Assembly (NCBI GenBank): GCA_902797685.1
Contig: CADBTQ010000061.1
Span: forward strand, 1-63,101
DNA length: 63,101 bases
Reading direction: 5' to 3'
Origin: an uncultured Eubacteriales bacterium
Lineage (GTDB): Bacteria > Bacillota > Clostridia > Christensenellales > CAG-1252
The translations under genes and the position numbers were made by a program. Position 1 is the stretch's first letter. Each line of letters starts with the position of its first letter. The notes below the pieces were generated by a model. It searched no databases and had not been told where the DNA came from. It was given only the letters and a program-made list of their open reading frames with translations. Of the stretch, positions 55,155 through 63,101 are shown one piece after another.

Positions 55155-56768
55155 TCAGAACGCCAGCATGCCCGACAGCACCACGAACCCCAACACGAAC
55201 ACCAACACGAACGCGGTCAGGCAATACAAGCCCACCCGTTTTTTGCCGCAAGGTTGTTTGCGAGCGATAAAGGGTAAGACCACGACGTGTCCCAACGCGA
55301 CCAAAGCAAGCCCGAACAGCACCCAGGACTTCCACAGCATGCTGCTCAAGTGGAAGTTGCCCAACGCCACGGTGACGTATGCCAAGCTCATGATGAGGTC
55401 GATCAACAAGATGGTGCCTGCGGCAGTGGTTTGCCAACGTTGCAACCTGACGGGATAATCCGCGATGGGGTGGCAAGCGCGGGCGATCGCCGCAAGCGTG
55501 TTGACGACCAACACGACGAAGGCGTAGGCGACGGAGAGCGCAAACAGAGCGATAAAGACACCGTACACCGCCAATTCGTGGGTGGGAATGGGCTCGTACA
55601 CCCCGCTCTCGGTCAAGAGCGTGCCGTCGGAATTGACCGCCAAGCACACGATCGCCGAATCCTTGCCGAGCAGGCGCACGTCAAGCAGGTTGACCCAACC
55701 GAACGCGGTGGCTTGATTGACCTTGCCTTGGGGACGGTAAAAGCCCAAAGGAATATCCGCGTTGACGTTGCCGAACACCTTGGCGATCATGCCTTCCGCC
55801 AAACTTCTTTGGGGGCTGTTGGTCAAAATGACCAAACCTTTTTTGGAAGCGAAGTCGATGGCGATAGCGGCTTGCGAAGATTGAATCGTGGAAACGCGAA
55901 TGCCGACGTCGCCGTTAAGCTCGTTGAGTCCGTTACGGATCAACAATCCGTCCGCGATGGCTTGCGCCACAAGGTACAGATCGCGAATGGTACCCGCGGC
56001 GCCGATGGCGGGATAGTAGTCGCTGAGCAAACGGCTGATACCCGCCGAGTTGCCCAAAGCGTCGTAAGTCACGGTAAGATTGCGCGAAGCGTGGGTTTGG
56101 GCGTTGTCCCAAAGGTCCGCGCCGACGGCGGTGCGTTCCAAGCCCAAAGGCACGATCAGGTTTTGACGGACATAGTCCTCGTAAGACAATCCGCTGACCT
56201 TTTCGACGATGTAGGCGCCCAAGGTGGCGTCGTACACCGAGTAAGCGACCTTTTCGTGGGGAGCGTACAGCTGATCGGGCGTGCGCAAAACGGTCTCGGA
56301 TAGGGGCTTGACGTCCTCGTCGTCATCCGCATAGAGGTCGGCGACGATATTGGCAAAACCCGCGGTGTGGGACATCAGGTCGGCGACGGACGGCTCGCCC
56401 TTGGGGGTCTTGATCCCCTGAACGTACGTGCCGATGGGTTGGGACAAATCGATCTTGCCCCCCGCCGCGAGATGGTTAAGGCTGTACCACACGAAGAGTT
56501 CGCTCAATTCTCCCCAGTCGTATACGGTCGACCAAATATCGGTCTCGCCCTTGTTTTGGGCGTCGAAATAGCCCACGCCGTAACCGCCGGACTGATTGTC
56601 GTCAAACACGTAGTACGCCACGCCGACGTACTCGGCTTGACGCTCTTCGAGATACGTCGAGAGAGTTTGCTCGACGTTGCCCTCCGCCAAAGCAAACGCC
56701 GTCGGGAGACACCCGACCAACGCCGCCACGACGATACATATTGAGATAAAAACTAAACTTTTTTTCAT
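55155..56768 (-). CDS. beta-lactamase-fold (PF00144-like) protein lacking SxxK/YxN, with a C-terminal polytopic membrane domain
   Basis: ..GGKIDLSQPIGTYV, DLMSHTAGF and YSVYDATLGAYIVEKVSGLSYEDY match the fold. There is no S-x-x-K anywhere in the 537 aa. Confidence 0.65.
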   Translation of the reverse strand: MKKSLVFISICIVVAALVGCLPTAFALAEGNVEQTLSTYLEERQAEYVGVAYYVFDDNQSGGYGVGYFDAQNKGETDIWSTVYDWGELSELFVWYSLNHLAAGGKIDLSQPIGTYVQGIKTPKGEPSVADLMSHTAGFANIVADLYADDDEDVKPLSETVLRTPDQLYAPHEKVAYSVYDATLGAYIVEKVSGLSYEDYVRQNLIVPLGLERTAVGADLWDNAQTHASRNLTVTYDALGNSAGISRLLSDYYPAIGAAGTIRDLYLVAQAIADGLLIRNGLNELNGDVGIRVSTIQSSQAAIAIDFASKKGLVILTNSPQRSLAEGMIAKVFGNVNADIPLGFYRPQGKVNQATAFGWVNLLDVRLLGKDSAIVCLAVNSDGTLLTESGVYEPIPTHELAVYGVFIALFALSVAYAFVVLVVNTLAAIARACHPIADYPVRLQRWQTTAAGTILLIDLIMSLAYVTVALGNFHLSSMLWKSWVLFGLALVALGHVVVLPFIARKQPCGKKRVGLYCLTAFVLVFVLGFVVLSGMLAF

Positions 56769-56914
56769 AGAGTCTTACCTACCTTTTACCATTATACACC
56801 ATCTTTGGCAAAAAGCAAAGATAATTTTTCGTTTTGCACTCGTTACTTTGCGTTTCTCCCTCTCTCTCCAAGACGATTTGCCACGTCTTGTGAGGACAAA
56901 ACTCGATTTTGCAC

Positions 56915-56938
56915 GAAAAAACGGCTCAAACGAGCCGT
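56915..56938 (-). terminator. intrinsic terminator of the HTH gene
   Basis: acggctc-aaac-gagccgt hairpin with T6 on the minus strand. Confidence 0.75.
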
Positions 56939-57313
56939 TCAACGATAGACCACGACGCTTTTCAAAAAATCCTCGAAACGATCCCCGTAGCCTGTGATTC
57001 GGGCGTAGAGATACAAAGCGTCCAAAGGCACGGGGGTACGTCCCGTCTCCCAATTGCGCACCACGCTCTCGCTCTCCCCGAACACCCGGGCAAGTTCGGC
57101 GCAACTGGTACTGGGGTCCAACCCGCGTTCCCCCTGCTGGCGTTTGTACGAGGTCGTCTCCAAACAGCCGTCGCAATCCTTGCTACATTCCCACTCCAAA
57201 CGATGGCAAACGTAGCAAGCGTAGCGCCTTAGCGCCAAGTCGTTTGTGCGCAAATACGCCAACTTTTCGCCCGTTTTGATCCAGTCGATGGACTTACGCT
57301 CAATGGGTTGCAT
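56939..57313 (-). CDS. XRE-type HTH protein with a Cys-rich insertion
   Basis: ..CAELARVFGESESVVRNWETGRTPVP.. is the HTH. GGAGGGAG RBS supports the ATG at 57313. Confidence 0.6.
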   Translation of the reverse strand: MQPIERKSIDWIKTGEKLAYLRTNDLALRRYACYVCHRLEWECSKDCDGCLETTSYKRQQGERGLDPSTSCAELARVFGESESVVRNWETGRTPVPLDALYLYARITGYGDRFEDFLKSVVVYR

Positions 57314-57382
57314 ATCTCTCCCTCCGTCTTTTACGAAAAACAGCACGTTTGCACGTGCTGTCCTTTGCCTTGCGTTGCCTGA

Positions 57383-57673
57383 TTATAGGGGCGCGACCAC
57401 GAAGAACACGATCGCCAACACCGCCAATACGCAGCTGAACACGATGGTGAGAATGCGCAGCAAGCGTTGGGTGCGATTGCCCTTGTTTTTGGAGAAAAAG
57501 CTCTCTTGGTTGCCGCCGGTGATCGCGGTGACGCCGCCGTCGGCGCTGCGTTGCATCAAAATCACCACCACCAAAGCGATGGACAACAAAGCCACGGCGA
57601 TCATGATGACGCTCGCGGCGATAATACGACTATCGGTAGCGGACAGAGCCGCCAAAACGTTGTTCAAAATCAA
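57383..57673 (-). CDS. secG: preprotein translocase subunit SecG (probable)
   Basis: ..VVVILMQRSADGGVTAITGG..RLLRILTIVFSCVLAVLAIV.. matches the SecG layout. TTG start with GGAGGG RBS. Confidence 0.65.
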   Translation of the reverse strand: MILNNVLAALSATDSRIIAASVIMIAVALLSIALVVVILMQRSADGGVTAITGGNQESFFSKNKGNRTQRLLRILTIVFSCVLAVLAIVFFVVAPL

Positions 57674-57870
57674 GGATATGACCCTCCGTATAACATTTTG
57701 CTTATCTATTCTATCATATCGCTACCAAAATAACAAGCGTTTTTACAAGATTTTTGCAACCTTATCTTGCGTCTTTTATCTTGACCTTACCGCTAAGACA
57801 AGCTTGACCCTTTCTGCCGTTTGTCCTTTGTTTTGGACCGCGCAAATTGCTTATGGACGAAAGCGGTGGG

Positions 57871-57900
57871 TTGACACGCCCATAGGCGATGATATATAAT
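57871..57900 (+). promoter_or_regulatory. sigma-A promoter placed for a leaderless transcript
   Basis: TTGACA, 18-nt spacer, TATAAT. The -10 ends 6 nt before the ATG at 57907. Confidence 0.5.
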
Positions 57901-57906
57901 GGTTTT

Positions 57907-59565
57907 ATGAAAAAAGCAATTGTTACAATACTTATACTTGCTTTGACAATCGCGGTTGCTTTGTCCGCCTGCTCCAAAGCGAGCGCGAGTCCTTCTTTCG
58001 CGGGGGAACTCGATGTGGTGGATCACGTGCTGTATTGGCAAGCCCAAGAGGGTGCCGACCACTATTTGGTCAGGGTGTCTTACGACGACTACAACGGCTA
58101 CGAAGTGCCCGTCAAAGGGACATCGTATCCCCTCAATTTGTACCAAGCGGGCACATACAGCCTGTCCGTGCGTTACGCCACCCAAGAGGGCGGTTATTCG
58201 CAATACGCTCCCGCCTACTCCTACCGAGTGGAAGCGGACGTACCCGTCACTCCCTCGGGCGAAGAGGGGGTCGTCCTAAGAGGCGACGGCACCAAGGAAA
58301 ACCCCTTGCTCGTCTACACCGCCAAGGAACTGGCGACCTTGAAGACGGGGCTCAAAGAGGAAGAGGAGGGCACCTTGCGGCAGTTGTACTACCGCTTGAT
58401 GGCGGATATCGACTTGGATCGCGCCGAGTGGACGCCCATCGGGGATTACGGCAATCCCTTCGAGGGGATTTTCGACGGCAACGGGCATACCATCAGCAAC
58501 TTCGTGCAGACCAAACCCTACGGGACTTCTTCCTATCGCCACGACGGCTTGTTCGGCTGGCTCGTCAACGCCACCGTGGTCAATCTGCACCTCGAGGGCT
58601 TTGAGATCGACCCCGGGCAGATCAACAGCACCGTGGATATCGGCGGCCTTGCGGGCGGTATGCGCAATTCGGTGATCGAAAATTGCAGCGTCAAAGGCAA
58701 CATCACCGTCAACCGCACCTTGGAAAGCGATCAAAGGGTGCGCATCGGTATGCTCGTCGGCACCGTCACTCAAAGCAGCAACGGCGCGCGTATCGAACGC
58801 TGCCGTACCGAAGGAGATATCCACGCTCGCTTTGCTTTCGTGTATGCGGGCGGTATCGTAGGCACCTTGCAAGCGTCCTACGCCGAGATCCTCAACTGCG
58901 TTTCCGAGGTCAACGTCACCTCTCACTGCACCGCGGCGCGCACCACGTCGATCGAGCCGGTGTCGTTTGCGGGACAAGCGATAGGCTACGCTTCGGCGGT
59001 AAAGACCCTATACGGCTTGGTTGGATTGGGGACGGTCAAGGCGACCGGTCGCGACGGCACCTCGGCGGGCAACATCGGGCAAGGACTGCTGGGCGGCGCG
59101 GCGCATTCCTCGGCGAACAACACCTGCAACCTCGTTTTGTCCGACGTGTATTTCGACTACCAAAAGGCGGGCGTGACTTTGGGCGAGCCCTTCGACACCG
59201 AAGAGGAGATCGCCGACTACTACATAGTGGGCGGCTCGACCATCAAGCAAAACAACCGCTCCACCGTGTACGCGCGTACCACCGAAGAGTTGGCGGATAT
59301 GCAAAACCTGACGGGACTGGATCCCGAGGTGTGGGAGATCAAAGAGGGTCTACCCTCTCTTAAGGAATATTTTACCGAGTTCTTTACGGTCACCTATATG
59401 GTGGGCGACCGCAACGTAGGCACCCAAGTGGTGCTCAAAGGGCAACCCGCCACCTGTCCCTTTACCTACGACGGCGACGACGTCGTCGTGGTCAAGTGGG
59501 ACTACGACGACAGCCCCATCACCCAAGATACGATCATCAACGCGATCATTCGCCAAGGAGAATAA
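57907..59565 (+). CDS. surface lipoprotein with GLUG-type domain and C-terminal Listeria-Bacteroides (Flg_new) repeat
   Basis: MKKAIVTILILALTIAVALSAC lipobox, GNPFEGIFDGNGHTISNF GLUG-like motif, and C-terminal FTVTYMVGD..V..G. Confidence 0.65.
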   Translation: MKKAIVTILILALTIAVALSACSKASASPSFAGELDVVDHVLYWQAQEGADHYLVRVSYDDYNGYEVPVKGTSYPLNLYQAGTYSLSVRYATQEGGYSQYAPAYSYRVEADVPVTPSGEEGVVLRGDGTKENPLLVYTAKELATLKTGLKEEEEGTLRQLYYRLMADIDLDRAEWTPIGDYGNPFEGIFDGNGHTISNFVQTKPYGTSSYRHDGLFGWLVNATVVNLHLEGFEIDPGQINSTVDIGGLAGGMRNSVIENCSVKGNITVNRTLESDQRVRIGMLVGTVTQSSNGARIERCRTEGDIHARFAFVYAGGIVGTLQASYAEILNCVSEVNVTSHCTAARTTSIEPVSFAGQAIGYASAVKTLYGLVGLGTVKATGRDGTSAGNIGQGLLGGAAHSSANNTCNLVLSDVYFDYQKAGVTLGEPFDTEEEIADYYIVGGSTIKQNNRSTVYARTTEELADMQNLTGLDPEVWEIKEGLPSLKEYFTEFFTVTYMVGDRNVGTQVVLKGQPATCPFTYDGDDVVVVKWDYDDSPITQDTIINAIIRQGE

Positions 59566-59567
59566 TT

Positions 59568-60398
59568 ATGAGTTATGCCGATCAAGTGTTTAAGCAAAAC
59601 ATCGAACAGATTTTGTCGACCGGTTTCAGCGACGAAAATCTGCCCGTGCGCCCCCATTGGGACGACGGCACCCCCGCCCACACCATCAAATGTTTTGGCA
59701 TCGTCAACCGTTACGACCTGTCAAAGGAGTTTCCGATCATGACCTTGCGCTACACCAATTTCCGCGCGGCTGTGGACGAGATCCTTTGGATATGGCAAAA
59801 AAAGAGCAACAACGTACACGATTTGGGCTCGCACATTTGGGACTCTTGGGCGGACGAAAGCGGCTCGATCGGCAAAGCGTACGGGTATCAGTTGGGGGTC
59901 AAATCCCGCTATCCCGAGGGGGACTTCGACCAAGTGGATCGGGTCTTGTACGACCTCAAACACAATCCCCAATCCCGCCGCATTCTCACCAACATCTACG
60001 TGCACAAAGACCTCAACGAAATGCACCTCTATCCTTGCGCGTACTCCATGACCTTCAACGTGTCGGGCAACAAGCTCAACGCCATCCTCAACCAACGCTC
60101 CAACGACATGCTCACCGCCAACAACTGGAACGTGGTGCAATACGCCGTCTTGGTACACATGATGGCGCAAGTGTCGGGGCTCGAGGTGGGCGAACTGGTC
60201 CACGTGATCGCCGACGCGCACATCTACGACCGCCATATCCCCTTGGTCAAAGAGGTCATCGAGCGCCCCCAACTCGAGGCGCCCAAACTGATCATCGACC
60301 CCTCCGTCAAGGACTTCTACGACTTTACGGTGGACAGTTTCCGTTTGGAAGGCTACAACGCCCCCAAGTTGGGCAAAAAACTGCCCGTGGCGATCTAA
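59568..60398 (+). CDS. thyA: thymidylate synthase (ThyA)
   Basis: ..ILWIWQKKSNNVHDL.., ..LYPCAYSMTFNV.., RSNDM. AAGGAG RBS. Confidence 0.93.
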   Translation: MSYADQVFKQNIEQILSTGFSDENLPVRPHWDDGTPAHTIKCFGIVNRYDLSKEFPIMTLRYTNFRAAVDEILWIWQKKSNNVHDLGSHIWDSWADESGSIGKAYGYQLGVKSRYPEGDFDQVDRVLYDLKHNPQSRRILTNIYVHKDLNEMHLYPCAYSMTFNVSGNKLNAILNQRSNDMLTANNWNVVQYAVLVHMMAQVSGLEVGELVHVIADAHIYDRHIPLVKEVIERPQLEAPKLIIDPSVKDFYDFTVDSFRLEGYNAPKLGKKLPVAI

Positions 60399-60417
60399 CG
60401 ATAGCCAATAGATAGTA

Positions 60418-60462
60418 CAAAAATCCGTCCCTCGGGTTACCGATGGGACGGATTTTGATTTG
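60418..60462 (+). terminator. intrinsic terminator of thyA
   Basis: aaatccgtccc..gggacggattt followed by a T-run. Confidence 0.8.
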
Positions 60463-60550
60463 CGACACTATTACTTGGTAAAAGCCGTTAGGATCGATCA
60501 AACGATACTTACGTATATCTTGGAGCGGATCATCCGTCGATTTGTCCGAT

Positions 60551-61180
60551 CTACTCCCGCCCGAACAAATAGCGCAATCCGTCGATTTGGGTAAGCGCAC
60601 GCTGGATAGACAAGTACATCTTGACCGTGTCGTGACGGGCGTCGTGCGCGTCGCGGTCGGCGTGATACAGCCATTCCATCTCCATACGGACGGCTTGATC
60701 GTCGATCCCCCAGTAGGCAGCCAACTCGGCGAGCGAGGGGAACTTATACAGACTGTTGCGACCCCCCGGCAAACGCAAAATGGGGGCAAAGCCGCGCATA
60801 CTGCACCACCCTTTTTGGCTGAGATCGAAGGTATATCCGCAGCGATCCATCTCCACTTTCATAAACTTTTCGTCAAAAGAAAGATTGTGCGCCACCACCA
60901 AGTCGGCGGCGGCAAAATCGGCGGCGATCTCCTCCACGTCGTCGGCAAAGCGGCGACCGTGAGACAGTGCGGCGACCAAAGGCACGCTGAGCCCGGTGAC
61001 TCGGGCGGCGCCCGGCTCGATGTACTCCACCGCAAAATAAAAGTTTTTGGCGACCAACTCCGCCCCGTCGTCAATGAGATAGGCGAGCTGGCATATCTGC
61101 CCGGGGTAGGTGTGCCCCTGCACGTAATTGCCCGCGGGGGACAGCCCCGTGGTTTCGGTATCAAAATAAAGGACTTTCAT
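60551..61180 (-). CDS. DEDDh 3'-5' exonuclease (DnaQ/epsilon-like)
   Basis: MKVLYFDTETTGLSP (Exo I), VAHNLSFDEKF (Exo II), HDARHD (Exo III). Confidence 0.8.
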   Translation of the reverse strand: MKVLYFDTETTGLSPAGNYVQGHTYPGQICQLAYLIDDGAELVAKNFYFAVEYIEPGAARVTGLSVPLVAALSHGRRFADDVEEIAADFAAADLVVAHNLSFDEKFMKVEMDRCGYTFDLSQKGWCSMRGFAPILRLPGGRNSLYKFPSLAELAAYWGIDDQAVRMEMEWLYHADRDAHDARHDTVKMYLSIQRALTQIDGLRYLFGRE

Positions 61181-61293
61181 AGCCCGTCTATTGTACCACC
61201 TATGTCAAGTTTTGTCAATTCTTGTCCCAAAAGGAGTGGCGGCGCATATCCCATACCCCCTCGTCATAGCGTGTAGCGAATAGGAGGACGGAT

Positions 61294-62103
61294 ATGCAAC
61301 TGACCGAATTACTGGCAAAACCATTGATCAATCCCTCTGCCGCCGCTCACTTGGGCAGCGTGTACGCCTTTTGGACGGACAACAAAATGCGCCGAGTGCG
61401 CTATCTCGTGGCGGTGGACGAGGACACCTACGCGGACACCCTCGCCTACCCGTTTGGCAAGGTGTACTTTGGCAAAGACGCCGTATTGGCGACGGGAGAG
61501 TCCCAAACGGCAAACGGCGTGGCGGTGCCCTTTAAGGGGGAAGTCTACGACACGGACGGCAATCACCTCGGCTACTTGCAGGACGTGATCTGCACCGACA
61601 AAGGGTACGTCGAACACCTTTTGCTGACCGACGGCAGCACCAAGACCCCCGAGCAAGTGGTGGCGATAGGCGGGCTCGTGATCGTGCAAGGGACGCGCAA
61701 GGTGGGTAGATCCCGCCCCAAGCCCCAAAGAACTCCCGCTCCCGCCGAGGCGTTCAATCTCCCCGTCAAAACGACGCCCGCCGAGCAACTCTCCGAGAGG
61801 GAGCCTATCGAGCCCGACCCGATCGATTCTCCGTCGACCGATCCCGCCGAAATCGAGCGGGAGCCCCTCCAACCCGTGGCGCTTACTCGTGCGCCGTTGC
61901 CCCAAGAAGTCAACGCTCTGCCGCAAGGGCTTAACGTGCGATTGGTGGGCGACTACTCCTTTTTGTTGGGGCGCACCTTGGCGGGCGACCTCACCCATCA
62001 CGGGCGCACGCTGCTTGCGCAAGGGAGCGTTATCGACGAGACCGCCGTCGCCCTTGCCCGCGCCAACGGGCTATTGGTGACGTTGACGGCATTGTCGGTG
62101 TAA
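61294..62103 (+). CDS. hypothetical protein with PRC-barrel-like N-terminal repeats and a Pro-rich linker
   Basis: ..GEVYDTDGNHLGYLQDVICTDKGYVEHLLLTDG.. resembles PRC-barrel/YlmC. AGGAGG RBS. Confidence 0.4.
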   Translation: MQLTELLAKPLINPSAAAHLGSVYAFWTDNKMRRVRYLVAVDEDTYADTLAYPFGKVYFGKDAVLATGESQTANGVAVPFKGEVYDTDGNHLGYLQDVICTDKGYVEHLLLTDGSTKTPEQVVAIGGLVIVQGTRKVGRSRPKPQRTPAPAEAFNLPVKTTPAEQLSEREPIEPDPIDSPSTDPAEIEREPLQPVALTRAPLPQEVNALPQGLNVRLVGDYSFLLGRTLAGDLTHHGRTLLAQGSVIDETAVALARANGLLVTLTALSV

Positions 62104-62104
62104 G

Positions 62105-62520
62105 GGGGCGCCATCAGCACGTTGTGCTTCCGGGCAATAGACCGAGATGACGAGACCCATCACACGCCATTGTCACCCTGAGCGGAGCGTAGCGCAGTCG
62201 AAGGGTCTCAAGGACAGCACTTGCTTTGGGCGGTGAATCCCTACACCGCTGAAGCGGTCCCCTTCCCTTTAACACTTGCTCCGCAAGCACAAGGGACGCT
62301 TATGCGGATGAGATCTCTCGACGCGTCGTTCCGACTTGCTCGAGATGACGAAGGAAAGCGGATGAGATACGCTCCACGCGGCACAAATGCCTTGGTCGGT
62401 ATGACGAGTAGTGGTCATTCCGACCAAATGAACAAAGTGAATGCGTGGAGCGAATCTATGCTCTATTCCCCACCGCAGTTGCGCCATTGCGCCTAAAGGG
62501 CAATAGACCGATAGACATAG
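62105..62520. repeat. intergenic mosaic (region R5)
   Basis: 62108-62143 is the exact inverted copy of the first 36 nt of 6181-6221 and 7608-7648. 62171-62233 relates to 4660-4704 and 4397-4424. Confidence 0.85.
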
Positions 62521-62543
62521 AATCAATTCAAATGACAGACAGC

Positions 62544-62571
62544 AAAAAAGGGGCGCGGTCGCCCCTTTTTG
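62544..62571. terminator. bidirectional terminator
   Basis: aaaaaggggcg-cggt-cgccccttttt. Confidence 0.8.
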
Positions 62572-62582
62572 CTTTGCGTTGG

Positions 62583-63101
62583 TTACTCCAACGGTAATTC
62601 GCCGTACTCTTCCGTCAATATATACAGTTTGCCGTCCACCAAAACGTACCAATGGTCTTGGTACACAAAGGGTACTCCCTCGGAGCCTCCACCGCTCATC
62701 GTCCCCTCGGGTATCTCGATATTGTCGTGAACGATAGGCACACCTACTACCCGTTTTCCGCACTTGGTACAACGGTACGCTATCATGCTTTGCTGTTCCC
62801 AAACATGTAGTTGGTCGACAGAGACATTGCACAATTGACAATGGGCATAGTGATACGTATCGTTGTGTTGAAGATAGGTAAATATTCCCGTTTCCAAATG
62901 GCTGTATCCGCATACCCCGCACGACTCCAAATGCCCTTCCGGATAGTGCCCCACGGTGATAGTATGCGCCTGGGGAAAAATCGTATAATCACACTGCGTA
63001 CATCCGTAATAGTGATTGGTAGCATCATAACGATAGCCTATCGTGTGGCTTTGAGTAATCGAATAATCGCATAACTGACAATAAAGTGTATGTGTGCCGT
63101 C
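62583..63101 (-). CDS. Cys/His-repeat protein, 5'-partial (open to the window edge)
   Basis: The track 'M' at 62954 is an internal GTG. Hand translation of 62955-63101 in the same frame has no stop (DGTHTLYCQLCDYS..HYYGCTQCDYT..). Confidence 0.6.
   Translation of the reverse strand, partial: DGTHTLYCQLCDYSITQSHTIGYRYDATNHYYGCTQCDYTIFPQAHTITVGHYPEGHLESCGVCGYSHLETGIFTYLQHNDTYHYAHCQLCNVSVDQLHVWEQQSMIAYRCTKCGKRVVGVPIVHDNIEIPEGTMSGGGSEGVPFVYQDHWYVLVDGKLYILTEEYGELPLE

Overview
63.1-kb chromosomal segment that looks like a Clostridia-class Bacillota genome, based on the SCIFF scfA/scfB pair, spmA/spmB, DUF1292, AGGAGG-type RBSs and many 1-25 nt gene overlaps. I support about 60 CDS, one tRNA-Pro(GGG) and one lipid-kinase gene interrupted by an in-frame TAA. 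I saw no rRNA, CRISPR, transposase, integrase or phage genes. The backbone is housekeeping: fba, aqpZ, pepF, the rpmG-secE-nusG-rplKAJL cluster, pgcA, trmL, mfd-pth-tadA, tsaD, prfB, and rsmG-mnmG-mnmE-jag-yidC-yidD-rnpA-rpmH, followed by glmM, secG and thyA. rpmH is not followed by dnaA here. The most unusual signal is non-coding. Several long intergenic regions are built from a shared library of short sequence modules. Within them sit tandem arrays in which a constant AT-rich 9-mer (CATGAATTG or AGTGATATT) alternates with short GC-rich spacers that all differ in sequence yet are each self-complementary. One convergent intergenic region (36964-37281) holds 4 + 4 such units in mirror symmetry around a bidirectional terminator. 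A separate 0.6-kb repeat field lies downstream of rplL. Coding-side oddities: a coupled pair of exported proteins with TasA/SipW-like N-termini and CBM-like modules; a SCIFF locus flanked by and coupled to polyamine-type enzymes; two enzyme-fold proteins lacking catalytic motifs; a candidate leaderless lipoprotein gene; and a Cys/His-repeat protein that runs off the window end. Coordinates were refined by hand from the ORF track. No database search or computation was possible.
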